Positions 12,420 through 25,540 are shown, counted from the first letter of the whole stretch. The stretch: 61,855 nt of DNA, filler included, from Sphacelaria rigidula (GCA_964200075.2; 11 parts of 11 records of this genome joined end to end with filler, not necessarily neighbours in it), one strand, 5' to 3'. Notes: generated from the letters alone by a model not told the origin. Program-made: numbers and translations.

Positions 12420-12650
12420 CTGTGTCCCGTAATTTTCCGATCTTGAATGGGCCCTATACAAGCGCGTGTTGCATGATATCTGGATTTTGGCTTTGGTACA
12501 CGGGATTAAGAAGGCCTTCATGGCGGCTGAGTGAAGATCCGCAGAATCTGATGATTGGACTTTACTCGGGGAATAACGTGACTCAGACCACGGCTGGACG
12601 CCTGGGGGGTTAGTCAAAGTGCGACAATCAATCAATGGATCAAATCAATC
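12420..12650 (+). mobile_element. Putative LINE 3' end fragment (RTE-like) with GTGCGACAATCAATCAA tail
   Basis: Ends GACCACGG..AAAGTGCGACAATCAATCAAT, the same tail as the adjacent SINE. Upstream is a degenerate WYTG..KAFMAA-like coding remnant. Confidence 0.5.
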
Positions 12651-13133
12651 GGGGTATAACGTGAATTTCCGCATATTGCGCAAGTATCATGTGCGCACGT
12701 GCCCAATCAACCTCGACCACTACCGCGGAAGCCGTCGAGCATCTTTGTGGTACCACGGGAACCCTCCGCGAGCAAAGGTAGTGCGCCAAACGCAGTATCC
12801 GTGGTTGCCTTTTCTTTGTCGTTTCCCTCTTGAAAGTGCACGCCTCGCAAATACCAATGAAACGACGCCACAGTAAGTAAGGGCGCAGTAGGATGCAGAG
12901 ATGCCAGGCGTCCGTCTCTTCCTCCCGTGTTGGGCGCAAACCCGGCAGATAATCAAGCGGCAGGTAGTTCTGCATGTACAAAGTCTCGTGCTGCAGAACA
13001 ATGTTTTTGGCCCTTTCCATATTTTTACTCGGTGCTATCAATCCGGCTCTGTCCCCCTTTTTTTTGTGTGTGTTGTTTTCGCTTTTCCTTGTCATTGTTG
13101 TGCCTGCTGTATCTTGCTTTTATCGGTTCGAAG

Positions 13134-13211
13134 CTTGGGCGATTCCGACTCACAGAAAGCGGCGGAAGAGGTGAACGCCATCATCGAGAGATTGGAAACT
13201 TTGGGACGAGG
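13134..13211 (+). CDS. Candidate isolated internal exon (LGDSDSQKAAEEVNAIIERLETLGR)
   Basis: Preceded by a pyrimidine tract plus AG and followed by GTGAG. The peptide looks helical. No partner exons identified. Confidence 0.4.
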
Positions 13212-13287
13212 GTGAGGAGTATGACATAGTGTGGCCATAGTTTAGTATCCTCGTGGTTGTGCACGTTTTCTTGTGTTTGTGGTTTTG

Positions 13288-13297
13288 TTATTACTAT

Positions 13298-13359
<62 letters not shown>

Positions 13360-13360
13360 G
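13288..13360. repeat. (TAC)n microsatellite
   Basis: Direct trinucleotide run. Confidence 0.97.
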
Positions 13361-13629
13361 TACTGTTGCAACTCTTGTTTATTTTTTTTTACCATTCTCA
13401 CATATTTTTTACTTTTTATATTATTATTATCGTTCTTTCATTTTCGCTTCTTAGTTCTTGTCTCGAACCCCTCCACGAATCGCTCGTGTATTTGATTGCG
13501 TCACGGAGCCATGCCGACTCCACCAGACGGCAGTTGGCTGCATCGCACAATCCATGCTCTTCCGTAAATACGCGCGGAAGGTATGTAAGCGTAACCACGG
13601 AATGTGAGAGGTACCACGGTCAGGATGAA

Positions 13630-14135
13630 TAAGATTGTGATTCGACACATATTCAACATTTAACAGCCGATCATCGAAATTGAGGATGGAGCTTTTCATT
13701 GAGGATGATAACCTGGAGAATTGAAATCTTTGCATCCACACCAATTGCTCCAGATATGGTTTCATTCCTTCATCGCCGGGTAGCTATTGAGAACTACTAC
13801 ACGCCATAAAAACTTGGATTCCGATGGCCGAAATTTGAGGGTACTAGATGGAAAAGAATAATGTTGAGAATTTAAGTGATTCGCCCGGATCACCTAAATT
13901 CCCCGAAACAAAATTCACCTGGAACCCCCAATTTTCGGTCATCAGGATCCAATTTTTTATGGCTTGTAGTAGTTGTCAATAGGTACCAGCATATGAAAGA
14001 ATGGGACCATATTTCGAAGCATTGGCGTGGGTACGAAGATTTTTCAATTTTCCGGGTTACCATCCTTGATAAAAAGCTCCATCCTCAATTTCGATGATCG
14101 GCTGTTATTTGTACGAAGCAATCATGCAATTCTTA
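13630..14135. mobile_element. ~505-bp foldback element (MITE) with ~250-bp arms and almost no spacer
   Basis: Includes a 36-bp perfect inverted match, 13661-13696 / 14072-14107. The arms meet near 13885. Confidence 0.88.
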
Positions 14136-14169
14136 CACAAATGGTGATTTGTACATATTTTGGGTTCGT

Positions 14170-14500
14170 GATTCGTGCCGTACACCGTTTAAGGTACACG
14201 TTTTCTACGTTCCATTATTATGGTGAGTTATAAGTACATGTTTCCCAATTTCCATTCATTTAGAATGGATCATAGGCACACGCTCCCCCCCTTACCATTC
14301 ATACTAGGTTAATAAAACGTACTTGTTTCCCAATTTCCATTTATGCAGCATGAATCATACGTACATGTTTCCTACCTTCCATTCTTACGAGATGGATCGA
14401 GTGTACATGTTTCCCACTCTTCATTTATGCAGCGTCAATCATACGTCCATGTTCCCCACCTTGCGTTCATATGACACAAATCATGAGAACACATTGTTCC
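14170..14500. repeat. ~42-bp minisatellite, left block
   Basis: Repeated GTACATGTTTCCCA..TTCCATTCAT..ATGAATCATAC units. Confidence 0.8.
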
Positions 14501-14554
14501 CACCTGTCATTTTATGGGGCGCGACTCTTCGCTGGCGCGGCCTTTTTGAAGGTG

Positions 14555-14853
14555 GGGGGGTGTACTTATGACCCTGCATGCCATAGTTATATGACTGACC
14601 TCGCATCCCTACAAAGCCAGTACGGAGCACACCGGGTTGTCGCGGGGCCAGGCAGGTCGGGTGGGCAAATAAGAGCGTACAGGATGCGAACCCCTCAAAA
14701 GCCAAATCCGCAATAAGTCCAATTTCAAACTTCGTATTCACACGTGGCACATCAACTATAGTACTTTATACGGTCTGTGTACCCAGAGGGGTTTTTCTAG
14801 CCACTTTTCCCCCCGAGCTATGATTATGGCATGCATGATCATGAGTACACCCC
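14555..14853. mobile_element. ~300-bp MITE with GGGG-GTACT(C/T)ATGA termini; a further right end at ~16955-16995
   Basis: GGGGGTGTACTTATGACCCTGCATGCCATAGTTATA / TATGATTATGGCATGCATGATCATGAGTACACCCC are inverted. Confidence 0.7.
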
Positions 14854-14859
14854 TGAGCT

Positions 14860-15298
14860 ATGATATTGACAGCCTTTGTGGTTTCATGTTGTGTTCAGTG
14901 GTAAAGTTGACCTGAACATACGATATATAATACCTCGAGCACTTGCGAAGAACGCAGCACCAGCACGAGTCGTCCTCGCATGCTCGCCGGAGTTTTCGGG
15001 AATTGCCGGCAGCGTACACCGCAGTCCACCGACAGTACGGTACAGCATGGCACAGCACGCGTATGCGCGCCTAGAGTGATTCTTCTAGCTCTTTATTTTC
15101 CTGCGCTGAGCTATTGGCGGCCTTTCTGCTTCTCTGTTTTGTTATGCGGTACAGTTGACCTGGATATACAAAACGGAACAAAGACAGCTTCAGACAGCAC
15201 CAGTACTGCCAGAGTCGCCCCCGCTTGTTCGTGTGAGTTATCGGAAACGCTCCGGCAGCGCTCACTGCAGTCAGCGGATAGTACAGTACAGCACAGCA
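14860..15298. repeat. Diverged ~247-bp tandem duplication
   Basis: GTTGACCTG at 14907 and 15154, plus repeated CAGCACCAG..GAGTCG and CGGCAGCG blocks. Confidence 0.7.
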
Positions 15299-15306
15299 CA
15301 ACATTG

Positions 15307-15727
15307 CAAAGGTAGGTTGAGTAGAGTGTGTACTTTTGAGTACTCGAGTAAAATACTCAAGTATTTACTCTACTCGACGTTTGAGTAGGTCAAGTACGGC
15401 CTCCAATTATCTTCTCAAATTTTGAGTAGGTCGAGTACGGCCTCAAATACTCTACTCTAATTTGGAGCAGATGAAGTACGACCTCAAATACTCTACTCAA
15501 ATGTTGTGTAAGCACTCTCAGTAATACTTGAGTATAGAGTATCACTTGAGTATGGCCTCAATACTCTGCTCAAATTTCAAGTAGACTGAGTATAATCTCA
15601 AATACACTACTCGAATAATTGAATAGGTTGAGTACGACCTCGACTACTCTACTCGAACTTCGAGTACTAAAAATATGACTCTTCACAAATACTGAGTATT
15701 GAGTACACTCTACTCGACCTACCCTTG
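15307..15727. mobile_element. 421-bp MITE with 8-bp TSD (hAT- or P-type)
   Basis: TIRs CAAAGGTAGGTTGAGTAGAGT / ACTCTACTCGACCTACCCTTG, with TSD CAACATTG at 15299-15306 and 15728-15735. Internal GAGTA-rich subrepeats. A second left end is at 44855. Confidence 0.9.
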
Positions 15728-15779
15728 CAACATTGTACCGTACAATCTGTACAGAGGACAACGGTTAACAGCAATACGA

Positions 15780-16400
15780 AACCTTCCATTCGTACGGCAT
15801 ATGGATCGTGGGTACATACTGTGTTTATCCTCTTCGGCTCATACAGCATGAATAACGTAATTCATGAACAGTACATGTTTTCCACCTTGCGTTCGTGAGC
15901 ATGAATCATAGATACGTGATTCCCGCCTTTTATTCATACGAGGTGAATCAAGCGCACATATATCTCCCCTTCCATCCATGCAGCATGAATCATAGGCGCA
16001 CGTTCCCCTCCTCCAATATATTCGAGGTGAATCGCAAGTACATGTTTCCCAATTTCCGTTCATATAGCATGAATCATACGTGTATATTTTCTGCCTTCCA
16101 TCCATACGCCTTCCATCCATACGAGGTGAATCAAGCGTACACGTTTCCCAATTTCCATTCATGCGGCATGAATCAATCGTACGTACATGTTCTCCCCCTT
16201 CGATTTATACGAGACGAATCAAGTGCACACGTTTCCCACACATGGACTATGTGATTCGTACATATTTTGCACTCTTGATTCGTCTGATATTACTTGGAGT
16301 GTACACATTCCCAGTTCGTGATTCGTGCGGTATCACCTCGAAAGTACAACTTTGCCATCCGTGATTCATACCGGATGAATCTTCGGTACATGATTCGCAT
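15780..16400. repeat. 42-bp minisatellite with alternating A/B units (84-bp higher-order period), right block
   Basis: GCATGAATC at 15899, 15983 and 16067 alternates with AGGTGAATC at 15941 and 16025. Confidence 0.85.
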
Positions 16401-16627
16401 TCAAATTTCATGGGGAGTCAAGTGTATGAACTCTCATTTGTCCGAACCGTGATACGTTCAAGCTGTCGAACTAGAAAAGAGACCATGGACAAGCGCCCGC
16501 GTCGCTCCCTTACAAGTCAGGCGTTTCTTATCTCCCCGAGTGTTTTTTTTTTTTCTTTCTGTTTTCAAGGTATTCTAGACCCCCAAAAATATCGTATATG
16601 ACACCACCAAGATCTGTATGCCCCCTC

Positions 16628-16799
16628 TGATTTGATGGATTTGATGGATTTTATTTTATTTTTTCTTGATGGAAGGAGGAAACCCAACCCAACACTTACT
16701 CCGCTGGCGATCGCAAACGATCGCGAGCGAGTTCGTGTGCCGATTACCCGAAGGCTCCGCTAGACCGCCTTGCAGCGATCATGTGGGGAAGTCGCCCCG
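16628..16799 (-). mobile_element. Probable non-LTR retroelement 3' end with structured tail
   Basis: The minus strand ends in an A-rich AAATAAAAT..(CCATCAAAT) tail, preceded by the hairpin GCGATCG-CAAA-CGATCGC. Confidence 0.4.
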
Positions 16800-19700
16800 N
16801 NNNNNNNNNNNNNNNNNNNNNNNNNNNNNNNNNNNNNNNNNNNTTAATTAATTAANNNNNNNNNNNNNNNNNNNNNNNNNNNNNNNNNNNNNNNNNNNNT
16901 GGCTAAAACCCTTCTTGCTCTGTTCCGTCTTTGTAGGGATGCGAGCTCAATGGTCTTATGACTATGGCATGCATGATCATGAGTACCCCCCCCTCAGCTA
17001 TTGACAAAATATAGTTTCACGTACTGTATGTTGCTTACACGTTCAAATTTGGCACCATTCTGGACAACCGTCCGCGCCCATCGACGACTGAAAAAAAAAA
17101 AAACTGAGAAAGTCCGCAGGATTGTTAGCAAACACTATTTCGGGAAAGAAAGATATTTCGACCGTCCATATGTATTCACCTCTCTAGTGGGCCATCATGT
17201 CCGATTTGGATTAGGACCAGCCAGACTTTCGCTCACGGGTGTCCAACTGGGGGGCCTTGAAGGGTTACTCGGACTACGAATAAAATGGGATCTTTAGTTT
17301 GGGAGGATGCGTAGATCAGGAAACCACGCAGTCGTAACGTCATACGAATGGACCAGTTAGGCTCGACACCACTGCGTTCGCAGTCCAGATGTCATTATTT
17401 AGGCCTTGTGTGACGCTCGTCGTAATACTTCTTGTTAAATTGACGGGGTCCGTGGTCGTCCCCCACCTTCCTCAGTCCGCTTCCACGTCCTCGTCTGGGC
17501 TTACTCAACAAAAGTATTCCACTTGCAGTTCACCAAACGGATTGTACGTATGTCGCGTGAACCCCGACAGAGTAATAGGCTAGCGCCCGTTAACCCTCAA
17601 ACTTCGGTAGGGCGAGGGCGTACCCCGCTATCTGTGGGTCCCTATGTACAGTACAGTATAGTACCCCCCATGGTTTTTACGGTGGCCAGTGAGGGGTTCC
17701 ATATTATCTCGAAATTTCGCCGAGATCATCTTCATACAACACCGTGCATTTTTGTTTCTGCGCTTGAGTACTGTAGGTGGATTCTACAATTTTGGGTGGT
17801 CCTCCATCGCAACGTACTGACACTGTCCACACACAGAATCCCCACACCGTTTAGTTGAGTCCGCTATTTTTTATTTTTTATTGTCAACCTTCTCTTGCTC
17901 CAAAACTCGACTCCTCGGGCGCCAGACCCCATTTCGAAATATTATCAATTTCTGCCTTATAATCAAGGTTACCCTGCCGCTATAGCTGAGCAGCTCCCGT
18001 CTGCTCGGGAGCAGCACCCCCATGGACAAGATCGCGTGTTCCTTGGTGCCCAGCCCCTGAATTATGTGTGCTGTTTGACAAGAAAAAAAAGTAGGTGTTT
18101 TTCAACTGCCGCAGTGATTCATTTATCTCGGATCCATCTGAGGGGGGTGTCGTGCCCGAGGGGTCGACGCATCTGTAGACGCCCCTGTGCTTTGTTACTT
18201 GAGGACGAATTATCACGAATTTGGGAGCTGGGCGCTGTACACGTGACACCCCTATTTCACTAGGGCGAACGAACTACACGGCACGAACAGCAAGCATGGC
18301 CAATTGTGAGGACGCTTGAAATCTATCCCACAAGTGAAGGGCAAAGCCTGATCGACGTTTCCGAGAAAAAATGAGGGGGTGTAGGGAGATTTTCACGTAG
18401 TAGACTGACTACAAATATCAGGCACCAGCAGTGACACGGTTTGTCGGATGTATCCTGTGGTCATCTCCAGAACGGCACGAAAACGAACGACCTTCACATC
18501 GGTGCGGTACCGTCTGCACTGCATTGTACACGGAACCCCAGGGTTCTGCGGTGTACTATTGTGCTGACTGTAGGGTACGGTGCTCACTGACAGCAACGCA
18601 CAATATCGGACAAACCAAACCAGCATGATACCGAAAGCTGGCTGACAATTGGTTTGACTTACTGCCGAAGTGCTTGATAGTTGGGCGGACGCCAATACGT
18701 TACACCGCCTGTGCCTCGGCGTCAACGCAGTCTCTGGATATCGCGGTGCTGACATCAAATATACAACAAAACTCTCGCAGTAGATGCGCAATTTATCGAG
18801 AGACAAAAAAAAAATATGCATGTGATTTACGTACGAATCATGGGTAGTCCGTGCGTCGCGATAGACTCGGGCGGGATTGTATACATGCCGGGGAGTAAAA
18901 ACGTGAGCGACAAACGTTGGACCGTACAGATAGATAGATGCCTTAATTTTCAATGTGTACCATGATGTGTGTGTACCATGACTTACTTGGCGTCACTTTG
19001 CAACCCGTATCACAACACTGGCTGTGCCAACAGGGTTGCTGTGCTGACCTTCAGACGCGGAAGAAAAATGGACCAGTAGAACGTCAATGTTCAGGTAAGC
19101 ACGCGAACAACGTGATACCTGTATTAGGCGCAACATACGGCACAACCGGTAGACCGTAAATTCTGTACGTATATATCGTATTAGGGACGAGCACAAGAGT
19201 GCTTGGATTCGCCAGCGACAGCCATGCGCGGGGAACCCGAACGCGCCGTGCTCATGATGTTGCTTTCAGCGAGCATTTCGAGCCATGACGAGACACCTCG
19301 AACAGGGTTCCACGATATTTTTTAATCGTGTTGAAAAACCTCGCGAGGAAATACCGACCAGTGCATCAGGTCCGTCCCAACGTGACACACATCGTCGCCA
19401 CAATTGACACGCCGAGGTAAAGACGAAACCACGGGCCATGGATATTCAATCATCTTGTTAGGCTACGAGAATAATGCTGGGTCCTCAAAGATGGCTGCCA
19501 GCAAGCCCTGCTCGTCTGAGCAATGAGTGCACATCATGCAGCAGACCTTGAACTCAGTGCGACCGCGTTTCGGTTGCCAGAATGGTAAATGACAAATCAG
19601 TTGATACAAAAAGTGCTGTGCCAGGTCTTGGGGGAAGATATACATCGGGAAGCTTGTGCGCTGTGGTGGGTGGAATTGAGCCGGACATTTCTTGGGAGAA

Positions 19701-21526
19701 GGCACCTACATGGTACTCAATATTTGAACATTTGCTTCTCGCTTATTTGATTGATTTGATTAATTGATTATCGCACTTCAACCGATCTCCCAGGGATACA
19801 GCCGTGGTCACATGATAGAAGTACCCGACACAAAACAAAAGTATTGAACGTGATTTTTCAGATTTTCACCAAGATTCATCAAGGTCACTGTTTAATCCTA
19901 CACTCAGAACTTCTGCAATCGAGAGATTGAAGTGCCCGACACAAATTTCTACAAAAAAAAACTTCACGACTGACTTTGAACGAGGTACGGGCTGGCAGAT
20001 CGTCGGGAGTCCAACGATTATACAGCGCCAGGTTTTCGCTCTTTCACACTTTCGCTTGACCGGGCCCAACCAGATCATTATGATGGACAATTCTATGGTT
20101 CAGTTTTTTTTTTTTAATATATTCATTATACGGTCAAGAGCACCCCGTTTGTGAAGGGGATTTCACTCCGTCTTGTTCCAACAACACAAATGGGAAGTGG
20201 GAAGTGAATAAAACGCGCTCGCTCACGAAAGCCGATTGATGAATGAACAACCCAAACCAAGGCAAATTTACTTCTGTAGCTACTACTGTTGGCAACACCG
20301 GTAGAGTGATGGACACGCGACAACCCTTAGGCTGCGAACCCCCCGCAGATGACCGCGGATCACTAATGGCACATTTGAGATTCGAAAACAGCTGCTTTTC
20401 CAAAAGACAAAATGTCTTTTTTTCGTCAACATGTGAATTTTGGGCATATATCTAATTAATGCTGGAGAACCCCTGACCGGTTTCGAGACGCAAGTCAAGT
20501 GTTTGCATACATGTGTCTTCGCTGGCTGTTATCGTCGGGCATGCGCTCTCATGCTTTGCAAGTGGCGCACACGCTGGCAGCCAACAGTGCTGCCACATAT
20601 GCTGCGAGCTGGGCCAGACAAGGGTACGTGTTATTCTCGCTCAGGCGACGCACGGCGCGATATCAGGAGTTGGACACTGAAATTTCGACAGCAGCATTTC
20701 ATGATCAAAATGCAGAAGATCACGGGTCCAGCAAATTAAAAAATAGAAGAATAAAAAGTTATGGGCATTTGAAATTTCAGCAAAAACAAGATAATGCCGT
20801 AAGTCCAGGAAAAAAAAAAGAGAATCTGCAGCTGGACACGTGAAGTATCATTCCCTTGGGCGCAGAAGGTCTTCCTGAAATTTCAGCTTAAGACTCTTCG
20901 AATTGGGCCGTGCGTTCAACATTTTCCGTGACGCTGCTGCACCCATAAAAATCAAGTGATGAGAGACTCCAATGATGAAGGTCATGAGTTCGAATCCCGA
21001 CAGATTCTCTTTTTTTTTTCGTCCCTCGTTAAGGTGATACATTATGCAGTACATTTTTTTTCATTTTTTGTTTCATTCAGCGGCGGTGCCGTGTCACCAG
21101 GTTGGTCTACACTTCACAGTGATACCCTTACATCGGGTTCATTAGGGAAACTGGGGAAGCTGTGGTGTGAGCAAGTTTTAGCAGCTTTTAAGCTGGCTCA
21201 GCTCGTAACAAATTGGATATTGTCCTCCCATTTATGCCTCTCGCAGCAGTCCTGGCACTCGTAGGGAAGGGCGGGCGCACCTCGAGCGTGGTTTGACCTT
21301 GCACGCATGTAATATCGTCTCAACTGTACCCGCTCTTTTGTTGTCTGTACGACTGCTGTCCCTCTACCGTACACGAGCTGAGCCAGCCTAGAAGCGGATT
21401 TGTAGTTTCCAGGCCTATCAGCACGTCAATCTAGAGTTGGACCGTACCATTTGGTATGAACAAAGAATAGGGCATGATAGAAAGACGTATGCATGAACCC
21501 CCCCCCTTTTTTTTTTTACGATTTAA

Positions 21527-22432
21527 ACCTTTTGGGACCGACCCCCCACTAACACAGGGTTGACCCTGTGTTATTGAAATAATTGAAAATAAGTCTTCGA
21601 GCGATCTGCCCCATCACGGCGAGCCGAAATTTATCAGGGAGGGATACGTGACACACGTGACACATTTGAAAAAAACGGAAAAAACGTAACTTTGGGGCAT
21701 TTAACGCTACGTAAGGCCGTTTCTTCCGGTTGGTATTTTATTTGGCTCATATTTTCCACTTTTGGGGCATTTGACAAGGTTTGTGACCCCCAAACAGGGA
21801 AAATCGCCGCCACACGTCTTGGACACTTTGTATCACCCCACCGAGAGGAGCCTAGTCCACTTTTCCGATTCGCTTGGGTCACAGATTTCGAGAGTAGTCT
21901 CTGGACAAAAATACGAGGGAAACATATACGAAGTATTGCACAGTCTGTCCAAGACGTTAATGGCGATTTTCCCTGTTTGGGGGTCAAAAACATTGTCAAA
22001 TGTCCTAAAAGTGGAAAATACGAGCCAAACACAATACGAATCGGAAGAAACGGCCTTGGTACCGCGTTTCCGAGTTTTCCGGTGGGTTTTTATGGTCAGA
22101 ATTTTATACTAAAACGTAGTAATTACACGAACACAGGGTCGACCGGAAAAACCGGGAAGGAGTGTACATGCTACAATGTGGTCATTTTCACGAGGCACTA
22201 AACCCAGGTGGGCCGTGGAAAGGCAAAAGGAGCTACCGTCATGAATTCTGCTTATCCCTCTGCCGATGACTTGCAGTGTGCAGTTAACATGTATGTACAG
22301 TAGTGGGCGGGGATGAAAAAGCGATATGTAGGCAGTTGATCTCGGTAGCGGAGAATTGCCCAGAACGTGCAAGGGAGTATGCAGCGGCAGCTGCTGCTTC
22401 AGTCGGAGAGGCGTACTACATTGTACTGTACT
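21527..22432 (+). mobile_element. Non-autonomous piggyBac-type element, variant copy cut by contig end
   Basis: TTAA then ACCTTTTGGGACCG start. Matches 40794-40900 and 41057-41422, but the centre is replaced by a segment containing the inverted pair 21713-21810 / 21960-22057. Confidence 0.85.
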
Positions 22433-22532
22433 NNNNNNNNNNNNNNNNNNNNNNNNNNNNNNNNNNNNNNNNNNNNTTAATTAATTAANNNNNNNNNNNN
22501 NNNNNNNNNNNNNNNNNNNNNNNNNNNNNNNN

Positions 22533-25200
22533 CCATCAAGCGAGTTTGTAGAGCCTTATCATCCGACGGAATCCACAAAACATCACTACTGCCAACACGC
22601 ACGCGAAAACACACCATCGTCAGCCGAAGCAGCTTGACCGAAAGTCGTAGAAAAGAATAAACACCGTCGCCGTCTGTTTTGCGCTGCGCGGTACGAATGA
22701 CATCTAACGAGGGCAGCGAATCATCGGCATCACACGGGCTGTACACGGCAACAGAACGAACAGGCATGGTAGGAACCTTCACCAAGCGAGGCAACTAATC
22801 TCCAATAAACATGCGCTCTCCAGAAATATGTTCACTGACATACCGATATTGTTGTTGGGCTCCCAGCAACTCCCGCATGTTTTCTTGGCTTGGCATCACC
22901 CCCGGAGGCTGTTCTACTTGCGCATTCACCGCCTGATAGTCGCTGACCAAACGGACTGTTTCCCTCTTCGGCACCGTCATCGCCGGACTCACCCACACAG
23001 CCTGAATATTGCTAACCACAAAACCAAATGCCACCAAAACTGCGATGCATGAAGCAAGCCACACGGTCTTCACCGGGTCGCAGCGGCGAGGCTTGGCCTT
23101 CACAGCCTCCTTTATTGGCTCCACGCGCGCTGGCGGATCACCACGCAGCGCACGACGAAATGTATCTACGCGACGAGCCAAAATATTGTGCAGACAATTT
23201 GAGCCATCGGCGCTCAGGCCCTTCCACTAGGTCTGCCGCACACCATCCTCAAGCGCACATTCTCTTGCACCTCTCTCCTCTGCTGGGTCCATGAACATGT
23301 CCGGCCCCCGATCGACCAAGCGCTCCACCGCTTCATCAGCAGGAGCCTCTTCATCATTGGCGCTCTGGAATGACCGTATGGATACGATCACACGCTTTGC
23401 AGCAAGGTAACTGAGGTTTCCCACGCCGGTTTTCACCGGCACAGCACGCGGACGTAACTTCTCCAACGCCAGCGGATATAGATCAATCCCAAGCTCATTC
23501 ATTGTCGCCATCCCAAATAGAACCACGTTGTCCCTACCGGGCATGACAGCGAACGTAATGGACTGCAACTGCACAGCCCCCCACGGCGTACGCACGCTAA
23601 CAGTAATCGGCACCGTCTTGTGTATAACCGTCACGGGAGCACCCGCAGCGGTCTGTGCCGTTTGCGGTCCGTTTTCAAACGGAATTTGACGCTGAGCGCC
23701 GCCAAACTACGAAGACATCTGTTCTAGCAACCCCACACCGATCGACGTGAGTCCGAAGCCAGAATCCAGAATAACGCGGGACTTGAACGAACCTACAGAA
23801 CAAGGCAAGGCTAAATCTGCGCGTAAGCATTCAGCCTTGCGGTCGACAGGTACCACACCCGCCGAAGAATCCTGTTCTGTCCCAAGAGTCATCTGACGCC
23901 AGGGCTGACCTCCAGAACTTGGCATCGATAGCTGCGAATCGTCGGTCCAACCAGACCAAGTCGACGAATATGCAGACGGCACTGTTACAGCCGTCGCAGC
24001 AGTAGGGAATGCACCAGACACGGATCCTGCCTGGCCGAGGGGTTGCGAACTATTCGCTCCAGTACTCCCCACAAAGGTATATGCATTTCCCACGTACACT
24101 GTCCGCCCCGCTATTGACGAACCATAAGATCCAGAGTCACCACTTGATGACGTAGTGGAAGAAACAGTAGCGGAGGAACCACCATCCTTCGCCGATTGCT
24201 TGCTACCTCGGCCGCCACGCCCGCGTCCCTGATTGGCACGGCCCCGTTCACCGTGACGACCGCCCCGAGATCCTGATAAATCTCGTGCATTGCCCTGTGC
24301 CGCGCCTTGAGCGCGAGGCTTGGGGCAGTCCTTGATCATATGTCCGGTGTCGCCGCAGTTGTAAAACGCGAGAGTGGACGACTCTCGTGAAGATTGCTGC
24401 TGTTTCTGTTGGTGTTGGTGTTTGCGGCGCATACCCCCTGCACTTGTTGCAGAGTCCCGCCGGCCATGTGCTTCAATGAATTTCCACTGGTCGGCCGCCT
24501 CAAATATTGTTTTGAACACCACCGTCGGTTTTTTTTTCCAGCCATCAACATACGTTAGTACACTTCTAACATACGCCTTGAATTCCGGGGGCGAAATCCC
24601 GTCCACCAAAGCTATGGAAACCGACTCGGCCGGGCCTGGCAGTCAACTCCTGTCCTCCGCACGGTACACGGCTTGCACCATCAGGTTCTCGGCAAAAAAC
24701 CGTTCCATATCTGAACTGATCATCATAGCACGATCCCTGACAGTTTTCCTCCCACTTTGCTTCGTCGTAATTATTCTACGTAGGTCTGCTTCCGGGCCGC
24801 GCAGCGTTATGCTTTCCACCGTGTAGTATACCCGGCATGCTGCTTCACAGCATCAAGCAATTTATCGGGGGTCATAGCCCGACCGCCCTTGTACATGTCT
24901 TCGAAGCAGCGGTGAATGTAGACAGGAATGCGTTGGCCTATGCTTACTCTCTCATGCCGCATAATTCCTTGTGAATTCGCGAGACTCCAGAGGTGTATGT
25001 ATTCAAGATATCCTGCGAAAAAAACGCGTGATGCCTCTTCTGTCCATACTTCACCATAGTTTGGCGGTTGTAGTGGCTCACCTAACACCAGCGGCGCTGC
25101 CGTCGCTTGGTCATGTCGTCTATGCTTCAAACACTTCACGGAAATACTCTTGCCTGACTTGTGCGTCCTCCAGCTCACGGAGCGTTCTCCCAATGCTGTG
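22533..25200 (-). mobile_element. Ty3/Gypsy retrotransposon, same family as 211-4078, with most of RT-RNaseH deleted
   Basis: gag ORFs (24807-25193; 23707-24609 with FYNCGDTGHMIKDC), protease ILDSGF, and RT start fused directly to the RNaseH end at ~22855. Then the integrase N-terminus. Colinear with contig 1. Confidence 0.92.
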
Positions 25201-25540
25201 CGCTTCAGGCTGGTCTCCTCCTGTCTCAGGGCTAAACTGGCTCTAAGCTACTGCCCGATCTCTCCTCAGCCAAAATTCCTCTAACAGAGTGCCGGAAGAA
25301 AAATATCTAGATATTATAGCCTCTGCCAGACGATCGGGACAAGAGAACTATTCACGAGGGACTCCTCCAGTAGCACTGGCCTCGTGCTCGACAAGTCCTT
25401 TCTTCTCACTTGTTATTATCATGGAGTGATCCTCACCAGACCACATCAAGAGCCAGACAGCAAGGGGTCACACAGATGATGGTCACCAATCCAGGATCCC
25501 TCGTCCCCTGGGACTGCTCCAATCATGCATGCGATTATAC

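Noticed and set aside
17090..18400. Possible very old retroelement integrase remnant on the minus strand
   Set aside because: Only faint fragments (NWPCLLF) are visible, which is not supportable by eye.
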